64,000 bases of DNA from Callorhinchus milii (GCF_018977255.1 NW_024704743.1:90274001-90338000); one strand, 5' to 3'; counted from the stretch's first letter, positions 1-13,417 are shown. A program made the numbers and translations. The notes: generated by a model from the letters alone, not told the origin.

Positions 1-200
1 GCTGTAGATGATCAGTCCTTGAACATTTTCAAGGCTGAGACTGATAGATTCTTGAAAAATAGAGGGATTAGGGGATATGGGGATAGGGCAGGTAATCAGA
101 GTTAGGTGAGAAGATCAGCCATGGTCTTACTGAATGGCGGAGCAGGCACGAAGGGCCGAATGGCCTACTCCTGCTCCTAATTCTTATGTTCTTATGTTCG
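1..200 (+). mobile_element. CR1/HER1-type LINE 3' end
   Basis: GAATGGCGGAGCAGGCACGAAGGGCCGAATGGCCTACTCCTGCTCC followed by a (TTCTTATG)n tail. Same sequence as the antisense copy at about 39640. Confidence 0.9.
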
Positions 201-269
201 TAGAACTTGGTCTTCCCCAAAATTTTGATCAATAATAACCTTGTAATAATCCTTGTGTTTGATATAGTG

Positions 270-965
270 CCTATGCAGTACCTCAAGTGTTTCACTGGGA
301 ACTACTGAAAAGTGTAGTAACTATGTATTTGGAAATGAACATGACAGCTAATTTTTCCCCAGCCATGTGCCACAAACAGTCATCAATTTTATCTGGGGGA
401 TTGTTGGCCAGGACATTGGCAGAAACTCCTTTTTCTTTTTCAAAAGTGCCAAGGGATCATTAATGACCACCTAACTAGGCAATGGAGTCTCAGTTCAACA
501 TCTCATCAAAATAATTGCACCTGCTTCAGTACTCGTGGAGTCCTGTAGCTCAGTGGTTAGAGCACTTGCTTTGCAAGCAAGACACCTGGGTTCAATTCCA
601 GGCAGGGCGAAACCTTGGGCAAGTTTCCTTACTCCACACGCCTAATAATAATCCCTCCAAAACCCCAAACAATAATAAATTGGTCATTTTCAATCTACGA
701 CTGTTTGTGGGACATTGCTGTGCGCAATTGGCTGCCGCGTTCGCCCACAAATATACAGTCAATTCACTTTACAGTATATTCTGTGAAGCGCTTTGGGACG
801 TCCTCCCGACGTGAAAAGCGCTATATCAAATGCAAGGATTATTATTATTATTATTATTACAGCACTCCCCCAAGCAATGTAGTGTTGCATGAACCTATGT
901 GCTCAAAATCCCAGCATGATTCTTGAACCCACAAGCTTTTGACTTAGAGATCAGAATGCTAGTAC
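270..965 (-). mobile_element. Old DeuSINE (SacSINE1-like), split by a younger SINE at 535-859
   Basis: Degenerate Deu-domain sequence at 300-520; the tRNA-head portion (TTGAACCCACAA) resumes after 860. Confidence 0.65.
535..859 (+). mobile_element. Young tRNA-derived SINE, short subtype, full length
   Basis: Pol III A box (TAGCTCAGTGG) and B box (GGTTCAATTCC), TGC anticodon loop, Deu 3' segment, tail AAGCGCTATATCAAATGCAAGG(ATT)n. Near-identical to 61530-61855. Confidence 0.95.
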
Positions 966-1096
966 CAAGAGATCAAAACCCACTTCAACAATGTGGCACT
1001 ATCTGACGTTGCGACACACAGAAAAACCAAAGGGGCAGCAAGTTCTTGAAGAAAATGTTCACCTTGGTGTAGGCACTGGCAAATACCATTCAAGTA

Positions 1097-1244
1097 AAAA
1101 CCTAATTTTCTCCATGGAAACACTATCATTATTTATACATCATTCAGATTTGTGAAATTTCAGCTCCAATTTGATCTCCAGTTGGATCCAAGATCTCACC
1201 ACTCTGCATGCCATCCAGGTGTTTCCATGGAGGATGAATAGTTT
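1097..1244. repeat. Foldback / MITE-like inverted repeat
   Basis: CTCCATGGAAACAC (1110-1123) and its perfect reverse complement (1219-1232); the inner arms are also complementary. Confidence 0.75.
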
Positions 1245-2883
1245 ATGTTGGAGGTGCTTTCTTTTGCTTTGTAGTGATCTCAAGACATTTGATATTTTCA
1301 AACAATTTATAAGCGACACTGGCCCGTTAGGACACCTTGTGTTTTCAAACCGCACCCCTCTTTCTGCGATATCTACAGAAACGTGCCACACTCTGGACAG
1401 GAGTTGTGAGTTAAACTTGAGAAAGTGAACAGAACCAACAAACATTTCTTATTTGATAGCTTCCTCAGAAACAAATAAAAAATAATGAATCCTGCGGCAT
1501 TTTTGATTCTGGTGCTGAAATACTTCTGGTACTCTCAAGTAGGTGGGATAATGATTTCACAGAATTCAAATTTCCTTTCTGCAATTAATAGGGTATCAAT
1601 GTCTAACGCATTTTTACCACGCAAGAATTACAATTACTAGAATTTGCATAATAATGCACTACGATTGATATCCTAAGTGAGAGTCTTGTGAGCCCCAGCT
1701 GTGGTACCTCTGTTGAACTTGTCATCCAACATTCACTATCAAGGCTCGTAAATGTAGAGCTAATACAGGGTTGTAGTTTGCAAGGCTGCCAATACAAAAG
1801 GAAATGCATCACCCAGCATGAGTCACCACCTGTAAGAGTGCAGGGGAAAAAATTACTCATTTATTTAGAGAGATCAATTTCAATTAATTTCATGTTCAGC
1901 GTAAGAGGAAAGCCATTTGCTTGTGAAATGGTAAGCAAGAGGAAAAGAGCCATGGAAAATAACATATAAGGGTGGCACACTCAATGGAGGGCTGTATTCT
2001 CCTGATGAACCACACCAGTAAATGTTTCAATAGAATAGAATTTACATTTATATTGTGCTTTTCACATCAGGAGGGTGCCTTAAAGTGCTCATCTAGGTAA
2101 AGCAAATGAGTGCAACAAGCTAATTTCTCTGAATGCAGTCTGTTTACAATTTTTGTAATTTTACAATGACAAAAAATGCCCAAAAATACACATCGTAAAC
2201 CTGTAGCTTACTAACCATTAAGAAGAGGTCAGGTTACCAATTTGTTTTCCTCCTGGGGTGGTTCAACTTCTCTCACTGAGAACAAGAATACAGCTGGCAT
2301 CTAAAAATACTCCAGAGGTGTTGCCATTGCTTTGCCTATAACACAAACAGCATTTTCACCAGTAAATCAATTGTTTGGAATAGATCTAAGGTCTCATTGA
2401 AGCCAGTGAATTGTGACTCCTTGACAAAGTCTCTTATCTGTTGTGTATCTCTATGAGTCTGTGTGCCCTACAGGAGGTTCTCTAGAAGATATTCTCCATG
2501 TCATTGGGCTTTTGTTAAAGGCTACAGAATAGTGATGATGTTGAACACTTATTAAGACTCTCGTGGAATAAAGTGGAATTGCAATACAGTCCAAACCTCT
2601 TCTTATCCCATCTCCCTTCCTTGCTCAGCTCACAGCATTCAAGTCCATTGATCTGGGCTTTGTTATATGGATTCCTTCACATCCCGACTGTTCATGTCAG
2701 CTTATGTACCACTCGGTAATCCCAAAATACCCTCTTTGATGGAGTAGAAGATTTTTAAGTTGGCTTGACGGTACCAATTACAATACCTATATCAGTCTGA
2801 TCATACACTTCCCTGAAGCCACAGTGCCACCTTGAATTCAGCACACATTTGTTCCTTTCAGGTTACTAGTCAGGTCTAATTAG

Positions 2884-2979
2884 CAGTGGGGAAAATATGG
2901 TTGGTTATTTCTTAGCCCATTCCACTTGTTAATTAGCACAAAGAGTGGGGTAAGAAACAACTCAAATTAGTTCCCATTA
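2884..2979. repeat. Small foldback hairpin
   Basis: GGTTATTTCTTAGCCCATTC pairs imperfectly with GAGTGGGGTAAGAAACAACT. Confidence 0.65.
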
Positions 2980-3284
2980 CCTACTTTACACCACTGTTCC
3001 TTAATCAAGATTTAACTGTTTTCAGGGTGGTTCTGGCCTATGTTCTAATAGCCACTTATTTCCTGATATAGCCCATTGCAACACATTGTACCTCTAATCA
3101 AGAAGTTTTACCTTGAGGATTTCCCTTATTCCAACTAAACATTCCATATTTGGAGTTGCAGTTAATTATGACACATTTTTGATTTTTACTGTGATCAATA
3201 ATCCAAAATTATCAATAGTTATTGAAGAGTTATAGAGGAATCTGAATCTAGTCGTGGATTTAGGTTTACTGGGCCACGATTATC

Positions 3285-3445
3285 AGGTGGTTCAAACACT
3301 TCCGGGAGGGGGGGCTGGAGAGATAAGCACACTCTACTTGGAGCTGAACTGGATCTGAACTGTTTGGCAGCAGTATGTCAGATCAAGCCAGGCCTCTGTG
3401 GTGGTCTCGGTAGTCCGGCTCCTGAGCCAGGCGGGTCCGCAGTAT
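3285..3445 (+). mobile_element. Unassigned SINE-like family, copy 1
   Basis: Shares GAGCTGAACTGG...CCTCTGTGGYGGTCTCGGTAGTCCGG with the copies at 27843-28051 and 56001-56192. Confidence 0.7.
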
Positions 3446-4569
3446 TCCAGGGCCCTACACAGAGGAGGCGAGGCTCCAGATTGAGGCGGGGAGTTCCAGA
3501 GGTTAGGGTAAGTAGTGGCACAGGTCAGCCTTACAAATGAACAGTCCAGGAGCAATTTACGATGTTTGATAATGCCCTTCTATTATTTTCAATCATTTAA
3601 GACTTAAATAAAAAAAAGTTGTAAAAAAGGTGCAAACTTCACAGAAGTTGAAGTTGAAGTCAATAAAATCATGTAATCTTGACTCAAATGTAGTACTACC
3701 TAGAGATGCACAGTAGACTCCAAGCTACCCTCTGAACACCAACATATGTAAAATGCAAAACAATTATAGATGTGTTTTAAATACAAACCTAATTATTTAT
3801 GTTGACAAATTCTCAAATTTAAATATTCAATAATTACCAGGAAGGCCTAATAATGTGAACAAAACCTCTTGCACATCAAAGCCTATTCATTTTTGGAAAT
3901 CAAAATTGAATATGAAGCAAAGTGCATCTGAAATCTTATGACCCAGACAGCAAAGTCCTGAGAGAATGTAATTCCATACTTCATTCCATCATGCTCAAAT
4001 ATTATGCGTAGCTGCACAAAATAATAGAAACAGTGCTGTGGCTGAAAATGCAACATAATCCAGTTAATGGTTTGTCAATTACAGTAAAAAAAATCTGCTT
4101 TTATACAAGAAAAATAATACCCATAGTGCTTAATAGAGATACACAACAGATAAGAGCTGCAAGTACCTTATAAATAGAGGGCAAATGCCTGCCAGATGTC
4201 ATAAATGAATTTAATCGCATAAATAAATTTAACCAATTAAGCAATGAAATGGTGTTGCTGGTCAGAACGCAAATAGAAATTATATATCAGAGCTGGCACC
4301 CAAGAGTGATGGGCCTTTCTTCAAATACAGCATTAAGACCTGGGTGCTCCAATGCAAAATACAGAAAGGATGAGCAACCCAATATCAAATCTCTAAAATA
4401 TATCCCAATATTGGTTTTATCATTTGGTACACAATTGTGTCAACTGTCACCAACTGCCATAACGCCTCTCCGACCACTCCATACAAACACACACAAGTCA
4501 AAGATTAAAATACAAACTACAATCATTAAGAAATCTTATTTTCTATTTTTCAAATGCAGTTTTCTTTTA

Positions 4570-4703
4570 GGAAATAACATTATGGGATATAGTTCACAGG
4601 TAGTTTGGGACATATGTGTATGCGACCGCCAGGAAGGTGGAAGGTGAACTAGATGCACCTTGGTCTTTTTTCGTTTAGCATTTCTTATGTTCTAATGTTC
4701 TTA
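4570..4703 (+). mobile_element. CR1-type 3' tail fragment
   Basis: Ends in a TTTCTTATGTTCTAATGTTCTTA octamer tail. Confidence 0.6.
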
Positions 4704-4807
4704 CATATTATACAAAATATCAGAATACGAAGGCAGTTACAAAGGAACAAAGCATTTCAAAGTTGAGTTGAAGTTAATCAAATAATGTCATCTTGACTCA
4801 AATGTAA

Positions 4808-5114
4808 TGATAATAATAATAATCCTTGCATTTGATATAGCGCTTTTCACGTCGGGAGGACGTCCCAAAGCGCTTCACAGAACACACTGTAAAGTGAATT
4901 GACTATATTTGTGGGCAAACGCGGCAGCCAATTGTGCACAGCAGCGTCCCACAAACAGTCGTGGATTGAAAATGACCAATTTATTATTGTTTTGTTTTGG
5001 AGGGATTATTATCAGGTGTGTGGAGTAAGGAAACTTGCCCAAGGTTTCGCCCTGATCTGCCTGAAATTGAACTCAGGTCTCTCGCTTGCTCTAACCACTG
5101 AGCTACAGGACTCC
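4808..5114 (-). mobile_element. Young tRNA-derived SINE, short subtype
   Basis: Reverse complement of the 535-859 element; flanked by ATGTAA at 4802-4807 and 5115-5120 (possible TSD). Confidence 0.95.
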
Positions 5115-5554
5115 ATGTAAATGGACTCCTCCTAAATGTAGTATAGTACTACTTAGTGGTACATAGTAGACACCAAGTTATCCCCTGAAAACCAACATAT
5201 GAAAAAATCAAAACATTTATAAATGTGTTTTATCCCTAACTGATAATCAGATTAAATTACCTAGTGATTAAAATGCTAAATTGCAAAATGAAGCATTGTC
5301 TGGACATTGTGATACTGAACAATATCAATAACTGCATTAATAGCATCTTTGTGATTAATGCTACTTGTATTATTTAACTTAAAAATATTTTGACAGTGGT
5401 GATCTAAATTACGAGGAGGACTCACCATAATTTATGATCACCACAGAGAATGATGGAAAATTTGTCAATTCGTCAATTCAGTATCAATTAGCAAGTCTTT
5501 TTTGAATAGCTGGAGAAAAAATATCTTCCAAATTGTGACTGAATTTAAGAATTT

Positions 5555-5831
5555 AAGTGGTAGCTGAGTGGTTAGAGCATTTGGTTATTGGAATCTGGTT
5601 GTTAGTCAATTGGCAGATCGCTTTTCCAAGGGTAATAATTCCTTCAAAAAAATAAGAATAAGAAAAAATTGGTCACTTTAATCCACAACTGTATGTGGGA
5701 CACTGCTGTGCGCAATTGGCTGCCATGTTTCGCCCACAAAATATACAGTCTATTCTATGAAGTGCTTGAGATGCCTCGAAGACATGATAAGGCACTATAT
5801 CAAACACAAGGATTATTATTATTATTATTAT
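5555..5831 (+). mobile_element. tRNA-derived SINE, internally deleted long subtype
   Basis: A-box head, GTTGTTAGTCAATTGGC segment, Deu 3' part, (ATT)n tail. Confidence 0.85.
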
Positions 5832-6574
5832 AAGAATGTTCCACATCCAACAAGATCTTAAATTTTAAGAGAAATTGGTGGAGTTTCTGATGTACATACA
5901 CACACATTCCATCGGGGGGTTCTGAAAAGTGATCAATAGGTTTGGACGACTTTCTTTTTCAACAGTTTAGGGGTGCTGAAGCCAACTGAGGCACTCCTAA
6001 TGAATTGAAAATTCAAAGTAATCCAAAGGCACTGGATTTATTTAAGAAACAGTAACATGTTGTCATAAAAGGACAATAGGATAGATATTCTGCATGAAAT
6101 TAAAAGGGCCAAAGGATCTTCATTCTCTCGTGATCTTGTGAACTGCTGCCCAGATAGGATCAGCTAACTCAGCATAGATCGGGAATCCGTACTGTAACAC
6201 TATAGACTGTATATCCTAATGCTCTATAGGTGGTTTCTTTATCCAGTCATCCACAAGGAAGCCACAAAATATTTTAAAAATCCTAAAATAGATTTTTGGA
6301 ATAGTTTACATGGAGAGCATTTTTTGCAGAATGCCAAACATTGAAGTATTTACATTTTTGTCAAGAATTTAGCAGATCTGCGTGAAAAAAGATATTTCAC
6401 AATAATTGCCATTTTAATGCGCAGATTGTGATGAGTATGCTGTATTTTTCTGGTGCCTATAATCTCGAAATATCTAAAAGCACGGTCACATGTAGTAACT
6501 GATTCTTAACAGGAAACATTACAATTGTTTTGCAATCAAATTAGTTATTCTGATTGTAATATTTAATTAAAAAA

Positions 6575-6845
6575 TTGTAATCCTTACATGAGGTAAGGAG
6601 ATGATCTAAACAGGATATATTGTAAAGTAAGTGACCGTGTGTTTTATTGGCAAATGCAACAGCTAATTTGTGCAGAGCAACATCCCATGAAGTCATGAAG
6701 TGAGTGACCAATCTTATTTGGGGGAACTGTTGGCCAGAACACTGGGAGAAACTCCCTTATTTTGCTGAGTAGTGCCATGGAATCTTTAACAACCATTTGA
6801 ACAAGCAGATGGGGCCTCGGTTTAACAACTCATCTGAAGATAATA
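6575..6845 (-). mobile_element. Old DeuSINE fragment
   Basis: GTGCCATGGAATCTTTAAC...CAGATGGGGCCTCGGTTTAAC is the Deu domain in reverse. Confidence 0.75.
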
Positions 6846-7429
6846 GATAAGAGTAACTATTTCTAGTTCCATGCTGCAACAGGGACAGGTGAAGAACAGA
6901 TAGAATTGATTGTCTGAGCATACAGAACATGAGCTGCCTCCCCTCACCCAAGCTGAACTGATAACTGTGAGTATAGGGCACCTCAGTATAAGACAAGTCT
7001 GATTAAAATGTATGACAAAATGCTGATGATATTTCACAAATAATAAACTATGCAGTCAAGAGAAGTTGGGAGAATTTCCATCTATAGTTGAAGATAATAA
7101 TATAAACAAGCTACAAGTTGGTTCAAGACAGTCGGCTAGATATTCCAAACATGCAGCTGATGCTGAAGAGAAATTGAATGTATTCTCTGGAGGCATTGAA
7201 GAAAATAAACAGTCTAAGGATTTCAGCTTGCAGTCCCAAGTCCATATGGAGTGGATTTGTAGGTCATCATTTTTCGACTCACCCCCCAACCCTTGCCACC
7301 ACAACTGTGTGTCGCAGTTAAGCAGAGCTCTAAGACACCTGCAAAGGATCAAATATATGTTGACAAAATAGCATTTTGGTTTGCAATGTAATCCTAGTTT
7401 AGTCTCTATTGTGATTTTGCTATGGTTTA

Positions 7430-7700
7430 ATTTGCCCACAAAATACATTACACAGTCACTAATCACACTTTACAATATATCCTATGAAGCACTTTGAGAT
7501 ATTCCGCTGATGATAATAATAATCCTTATATTTGATGTAGTGCCTTATCACTTGTTTGAGACATCTCAAAGCGCTTCACAAAACATACTGTAAGGGGAAT
7601 TGACCGCATATTTTGTGGGAGTAACCTGGCAGCCATTGCGCACAGCAGTGTCCCACAATCAGTCGTGGATTGAAGTGACCAAATGTTTTTATAAGTAATT
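7430..7700. mobile_element. Two SINE 3' halves meeting tail to tail
   Basis: Plus-strand tail at about 7430-7512 and minus-strand 3' half at about 7512-7700. Confidence 0.7.
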
Positions 7701-9611
7701 ATTATCAAATGTAAGGGTTATTATTATTTACGTTCCGAATATTTTCTTTTATTTAAGTATGTGAAGTTCCGAACAAGCAATTTTATTCCTGCTTCAGTCT
7801 CCTTCAAGTCCCTGTCCTCGTGTTTCACGAATATTGCTCTGGTTGATTTCAAGGTTACTGCCCTTTGTCAATGCTACCTATTATATAATTCACAGCCTGC
7901 TAATAAATGTCTAATACAACTTGACAGGATTGTTCTGTAAACTACCAAATTCATCAAGGCGCTTTTTAAAAAAATTGCCCCAATTACTGATCCTATAGCT
8001 AATGTTACCATCTGGCTGGTGTTCCAGGAAGTTCAATACCACTGAAGAGATGCCCAATTGTCCCTCTTGGCCTCTGTGTGGCAACATCATCATAATTTGG
8101 CTCATGCCATTACAGCAACATATGGGTTTAGAGGAAACAATGAGAGGTTAAGTTAGCTAGAAAGATTGACACCATTAACACCTAAAGGAAGTGCAGGGAA
8201 TTTAGAAGAAGGAATGAAGGGCACAAGAAGCCAGGGATGTATAGATTCATCCAAGTTCAGCTCAAATATGTGGCAAGCATAGCCACTAATTTCATTATTG
8301 AATTTCATTGAGCTCCTCTGATGGTACATTGAATCTAAGCCAGTCTTGCTATCTTACAGTTTTATTTATTTGCGATTTCATGGTGTCTTTTTTTTATTCA
8401 AAAATGTTAACTTCGCTGCCAGGAAGTAACTCACATTGTTACTTGTACATTTTGTAGGAAATTGACAGCAGCTGAAGGCACTTGTAATCTAGTGTTCCAC
8501 CATGAACTATGTTATAATTTGCAGGTCACCAAGTTCAGTATGTGCCTAATAACATAGTGCTTGCCTCTGGATAAATGCTAAAATAGGTATTTCTGGGGAT
8601 AATTTCCATGCATCTTCAGTTATTGGGCATAGTGCATTTCTTATAATTTCAAGAAAAACACTATTGCTTGCAAAACGCTAAAATATTTGCCAATGGAGAC
8701 CTAAGTCAGGAACAGACTGGAGCTCACTTCTGTAAAGATTTACTTTTACAAGGAATTGTATTGGTTGCATTAAATTTAAATAGATGTGGATTTAACCCTT
8801 ATGTGATTCAGATATTGTCCCTAGAGAGTTTGATTGGAGCTGCTGAATGACGATAAACTTTTAAAATAAAAACAATCTCAATACTTTTAGGCGAGGATAG
8901 AGAAGTTCTGGAGACTATTAGACTATTTTAGCAACAAAGGCAGGCAATTATATCCTGTGTGTAGTATATTTGATCTTGTTACCTTAGTCGATATACTCTT
9001 CAGTGATTTTCTGTAACTTGCCCTTATCCTCAAATCACTACAGGTATATAGGTTTTAATATTAATTTATATTAAACTGAAATCAACCAACAAAATTATAA
9101 ATAAACTTAAAGTAACAGATTGCTACTTGTTGTGGATGCAGTTTTCCATCCAAAATACTCTCAAAGTTACATATATTAACACCCTCTTTCCCTCATCTAC
9201 GCACGCATAAAATTCCTAACTGTTGCATTCAAATAAAAAAAACACAAAACAAATGTGTCATTCGGAGCTGTCATGCAGCAATCTGATCTGAGTTGCCAGA
9301 GCAATAACTGAGATGCTGCAATTGTTCTTAGTATACATCACATGTTGACCCATGAGCTAGAGATGAGGATTAAACAAAATCAGGCAGAATTCCCAATCCT
9401 GCTCAGTTGTCCAATGACCTCTCCTAGAGGTACTTATGTGGTATTGGGATGTTAATTATGACCATTTGGATGAGGCTCCAGTGGAATGGTGCCCCAGTAT
9501 AAGTACAAATAAAGAAGTTGAATGCTTCAGGAGAGGAAATGTGAAGGAAGAAACATTTGCACACTGAGGGCTCACAAACAGCCATGAGGTGAATGACCAA
9601 TTAATCTGGAA

Positions 9612-10283
9612 GATGGTAAGCAATTAGGAAGGTGAACGGTATGTTAACATTCATTATGAAAGGATTCGAGTATAAGAATAGGGAAGTCTTTCTGCAACTG
9701 TATAGGGCCCTGGTGAGACCACACCTGAAATACTGTGTGCAGTTTTAGTCTCCTTATTTAAGGAAGGATGGACTTGCCTTGGAGGGGGTGCAGCGTAGAT
9801 TTACTAGGTTAGTACCAGGGATGAAGGGGATGAGTTACGAGGATAGGCTGACCAATTTGGGCCTATATTCTCTAGAATATAGAAGAATTAGAGGGGATCT
9901 TATAGAAATCTATAAGATCATCAAAGGGCATGATAGAGTAGATAGTGGGAGATTGTTTCTCCTGGTTGGAGAAACTAAAACCAGGGGTCACAATTTTAAA
10001 ATCAGAGGCCAGCCCTTTCGCACTGAGTTGAGGAAGAACTTTTTCACTCAAAGAGTAGTGAATGTATGGAACTCGCTACCCCAAAGGGCTGTTACGCTCA
10101 GTCCTTGAACATAATCAAGACTGAGATACATATGTTTCTTATTGCAAAAGGGATGAAGGAATATGGGGATAAGGCAGGGTTATGGTATTAGCTAAAGTTA
10201 GATTAGAAGATCAGTCATGATTGAATGGCGGGGCAGGCTCGATGGGCCGAATGGCCTATTCCTGCTCCTACATGTTATGTTAT
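9612..10283 (+). mobile_element. CR1/HER1 LINE, 5'-truncated (ORF2 C-terminus and 3' UTR)
   Basis: ORF 9779-10108 (LEGVQRRFTRLVPGMKGMSYEDRL...RGDLIEIYKII...TRGHNFKI...FFTQRVVNVWNSLP) is a typical CR1 ORF2 end; CR1 tail follows. Confidence 0.95.
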
Positions 10284-10854
10284 GGTTGCAGCTTCCAATA
10301 ATTTACAAAACATTTTGACATTCAGAACTGACGTTCCATAGGCTTTTAGGTGTTTGCTGTAATAATGGTTGATTGAAGCCAACAACTACAATCACAACAG
10401 CACTCAGAGCATCACTAATATCACAAACACACTGCACTAGGAAATACAACTACAGCCAATCAACACAACAGCTCTGTGATGAAGGAGAAAAAGACTCAAT
10501 CTCCTTCACATGGACATGGAATTGCTTCATCTGTTAAGAATGAGACTATGTTCAGACATTCAAGTCAATGGCAAGAAACGATGTACGAAATAGATCCTGC
10601 ATGGAATCACGTTTCCCATTCCCCAGGTGTTTCCGAATTAGTAATAAATAGAGCTACTAATTTAAAGCTGTGAGTCCCACGGCTAAATTATAACCATAGC
10701 TCGCATCAGAAGGACAGCGCACATGTAGTGATCACAAATTATTGATCACTGAACTTATTCTATCCAATCATATCTGACATTTTGCTCAGTTTTATAAGAA
10801 TTTATCCTGAGTAAGTTATGCCAGCGGCTTGTTAGCAGAAAATGTGGTTTAAAA

Positions 10855-11283
10855 ATCCTTGCATTTATTCCCTGTGCTTTTTCACGTCAGAAGGACTTTT
10901 CAGAGCACTTATTGTGAAAAGATTATTGTGAAATGGAATGACTGTATTTGTAGGCAATCACAGCACAATTTGGCACAGCAATTTCTCACAAACAGCCATG
11001 AAGCAAGTGACTAATTTTATTTGGGGGATTATCATTGGCCAGGACACTGGGAGAAACTACTTTCTCTTTGCGAGTAGTGTCATGGGATCTTTAACGTCCA
11101 CCCGAAAAGGCAGACATTAACCTCTGTTTAACATTTCATCCAAAACTTCATGGCACTTCCGACAATGAAGCATACTCCCAGCACTGACCTCAGATGATGT
11201 GAGTTCAAGTCCTGACGGACGATTTGAACCAACAACCTTCTAACTCGGAGGCGAGAATGCTACCACTGAGTCCAGCTGACGCA
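10855..11283 (-). mobile_element. Near full-length DeuSINE (tRNA head, complete Deu domain, L2-like tail)
   Basis: Head CAGCTGGACTCAGTGGTAGCATTCTCGCCTCCGAG...GGTTCAAATC, Deu core GGTGGACGTTAAAGATCCCATGACACTA, tail AAATGCAAGG. Confidence 0.85.
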
Positions 11284-13417
11284 CAGCTAACATTTACGTG
11301 TGGGTGCAAACCCTACATACAAAATACCAGTCATGAGCCAGGGGTATAGTGTACCAGTTTGGGGCTCTTACAATGTGACCAGAACACACGTGGGGTAAAA
11401 TTTGCTGTGATAATCATCACTGGTGATAATAAAATCAATCACTTATTACGATGAGTCAGATACATTCTGCATTTAATATCTGGTGATAATTATCAAATCA
11501 AGTTACAAAACATTGCACATTTCACTTGATAACTGTATTCTTTATTACGATCTATCACAAAGCCCACAAAGGTCCAACGCATGAAAACATCTACCTTACA
11601 AAACACTGAAAAAACAGCCGTCAGCATTTAAAGGCTGCAAAAAGGCATAAATAACATTTTATAATATTATTTTTTAGTTGCGTGCAAAATGCAATTGAAA
11701 GTCAGCAGCTGAGCGGCTCAGTGAGTAAAACAATCTTTTGCTGAAACATTTATAAATGAAAGCTGTCATAATGTCTACATAAACTGTGTGGAGTTTTTTT
11801 CCGCAAGTGCTATAATGCTCCAGTGCTCGCAAAATAGCACTTTGTGTAACCAAATGAACTACTATTTTGAGCTGCCAATTAAATATTGACGATGATGTTG
11901 CTGTGAGTTTGCGGCACACATTTGTGTCAGCACTTTATACTCTTGCCATCGATACCAGGAAGGAAGTGACTTCACACAGGAGAGTAAACACAGTGAAAGA
12001 GTAAACATCAGGAAAAATATAGCAAGACAAATTCCATTGGGAGCATGCTGGGTCAGCAATAAGAAATGTCTCAGTAAATACTAAATGCATTCTTGTTGAC
12101 AAAAATTCCATATTGTGTTTAAAAGAGTATGATTAGATATTTTGCTGGTTTCAGCTAATGCACCATTTAACAAAGCAACATAGTTCCTTCCTTAATGGAC
12201 ATCTCAAACCTCATACACCACAGTAAATAGGAGCAGAATAGAACACTACATATGCATACCATGAGGCAGACTAGGGTAAAGTAGGGAAAGGTATAGATGG
12301 ATGCGATTAGAGCAGATAACTCCAGTGTGGGGAGCTAGGACAGACACAGTGGGCCGAATAGATGTCTTCTGTGCTTTTGAAATTTGTATGATTCTATGAA
12401 AACAAACATACATAATAATAAAGCAATTATACTTTCAATGACAAAAAAATAAAAAATAAATTGATCCTCTTTTGTTTTTAGAAGTCAAATAATACCATTG
12501 AGTATCTGAAAGCTTTTGTAGGACTTATATTTTGAAGCACAGACTACCAGAACAAGCTGATTTAGAAATTGCATTATGGTAATTATAATCCTTCATTTGA
12601 TGTAGCTCCTATAAAGGTTTCAAATAATTACTCTCAATTAATTGCAAAATGCAAGGATAATTATTATTAATTACAGTGCCTGTTTTTGGTATGTATACAC
12701 AGCAACCATTTGTAAACATCCATCAAGGTTCCATTCGGAAAACCTCCCTCATCTTTTAGTGCAATGAATAAAGAGACAAAACCTTGTTTGATTGACTCAG
12801 TGGAAGGAATTGAACCTCGACAATGCAGCTGGGATTCACTGGAGTATCAGCCTAGGCAATGAGCTTAAATCTTGATGTAGGACTTTAGACCGCAATCTTT
12901 TGACCAAAGAAAACAGTACTATGGTCAAGTTGATTTCCTGATCATGAAAGAGTTACCACATTTCCAGTTATTAGCAGTTTGCTTTATTAATATAACTGTT
13001 CTTCTCGTAACTTAAATATCTTACATTTGGAAATGTTAATGCCTTGCTCAGGCAATTGTAACTTGTGCCTCATTTTTCGAATTCTTAACCATTAATGCAA
13101 ATAAAAAACAGTCAATGTTTAACAAGAGCCTATCAACCTGTACCTCTATAGAACACTAGCACAATTTTAACCAACATGGAATGTTATTATTTTTCATCTA
13201 TGATTATCCGTAAACTTTCACCGGAACATTTTTCCAGAACAGCATTTACTTCAAAATAGTTTAATTAGAATTGATATCTTTCCCAATTTTATGCTTTAAA
13301 AAAAGATGGAGACTTTTTTCAATTGTTTCATTCAGGTATGCGGTGATGACCAACAGACTACGTTCCACAAAATAAACCACAGAGTAGTGAGAATAGTACT
13401 CGAGTTATGGTGACATC

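Noticed and set aside
7056..7466. Overlapping 136-aa (-) and 101-aa (+) ORFs
   Set aside because: No recognisable homology, non-ATG starts, and partial overlap with a SINE remnant.
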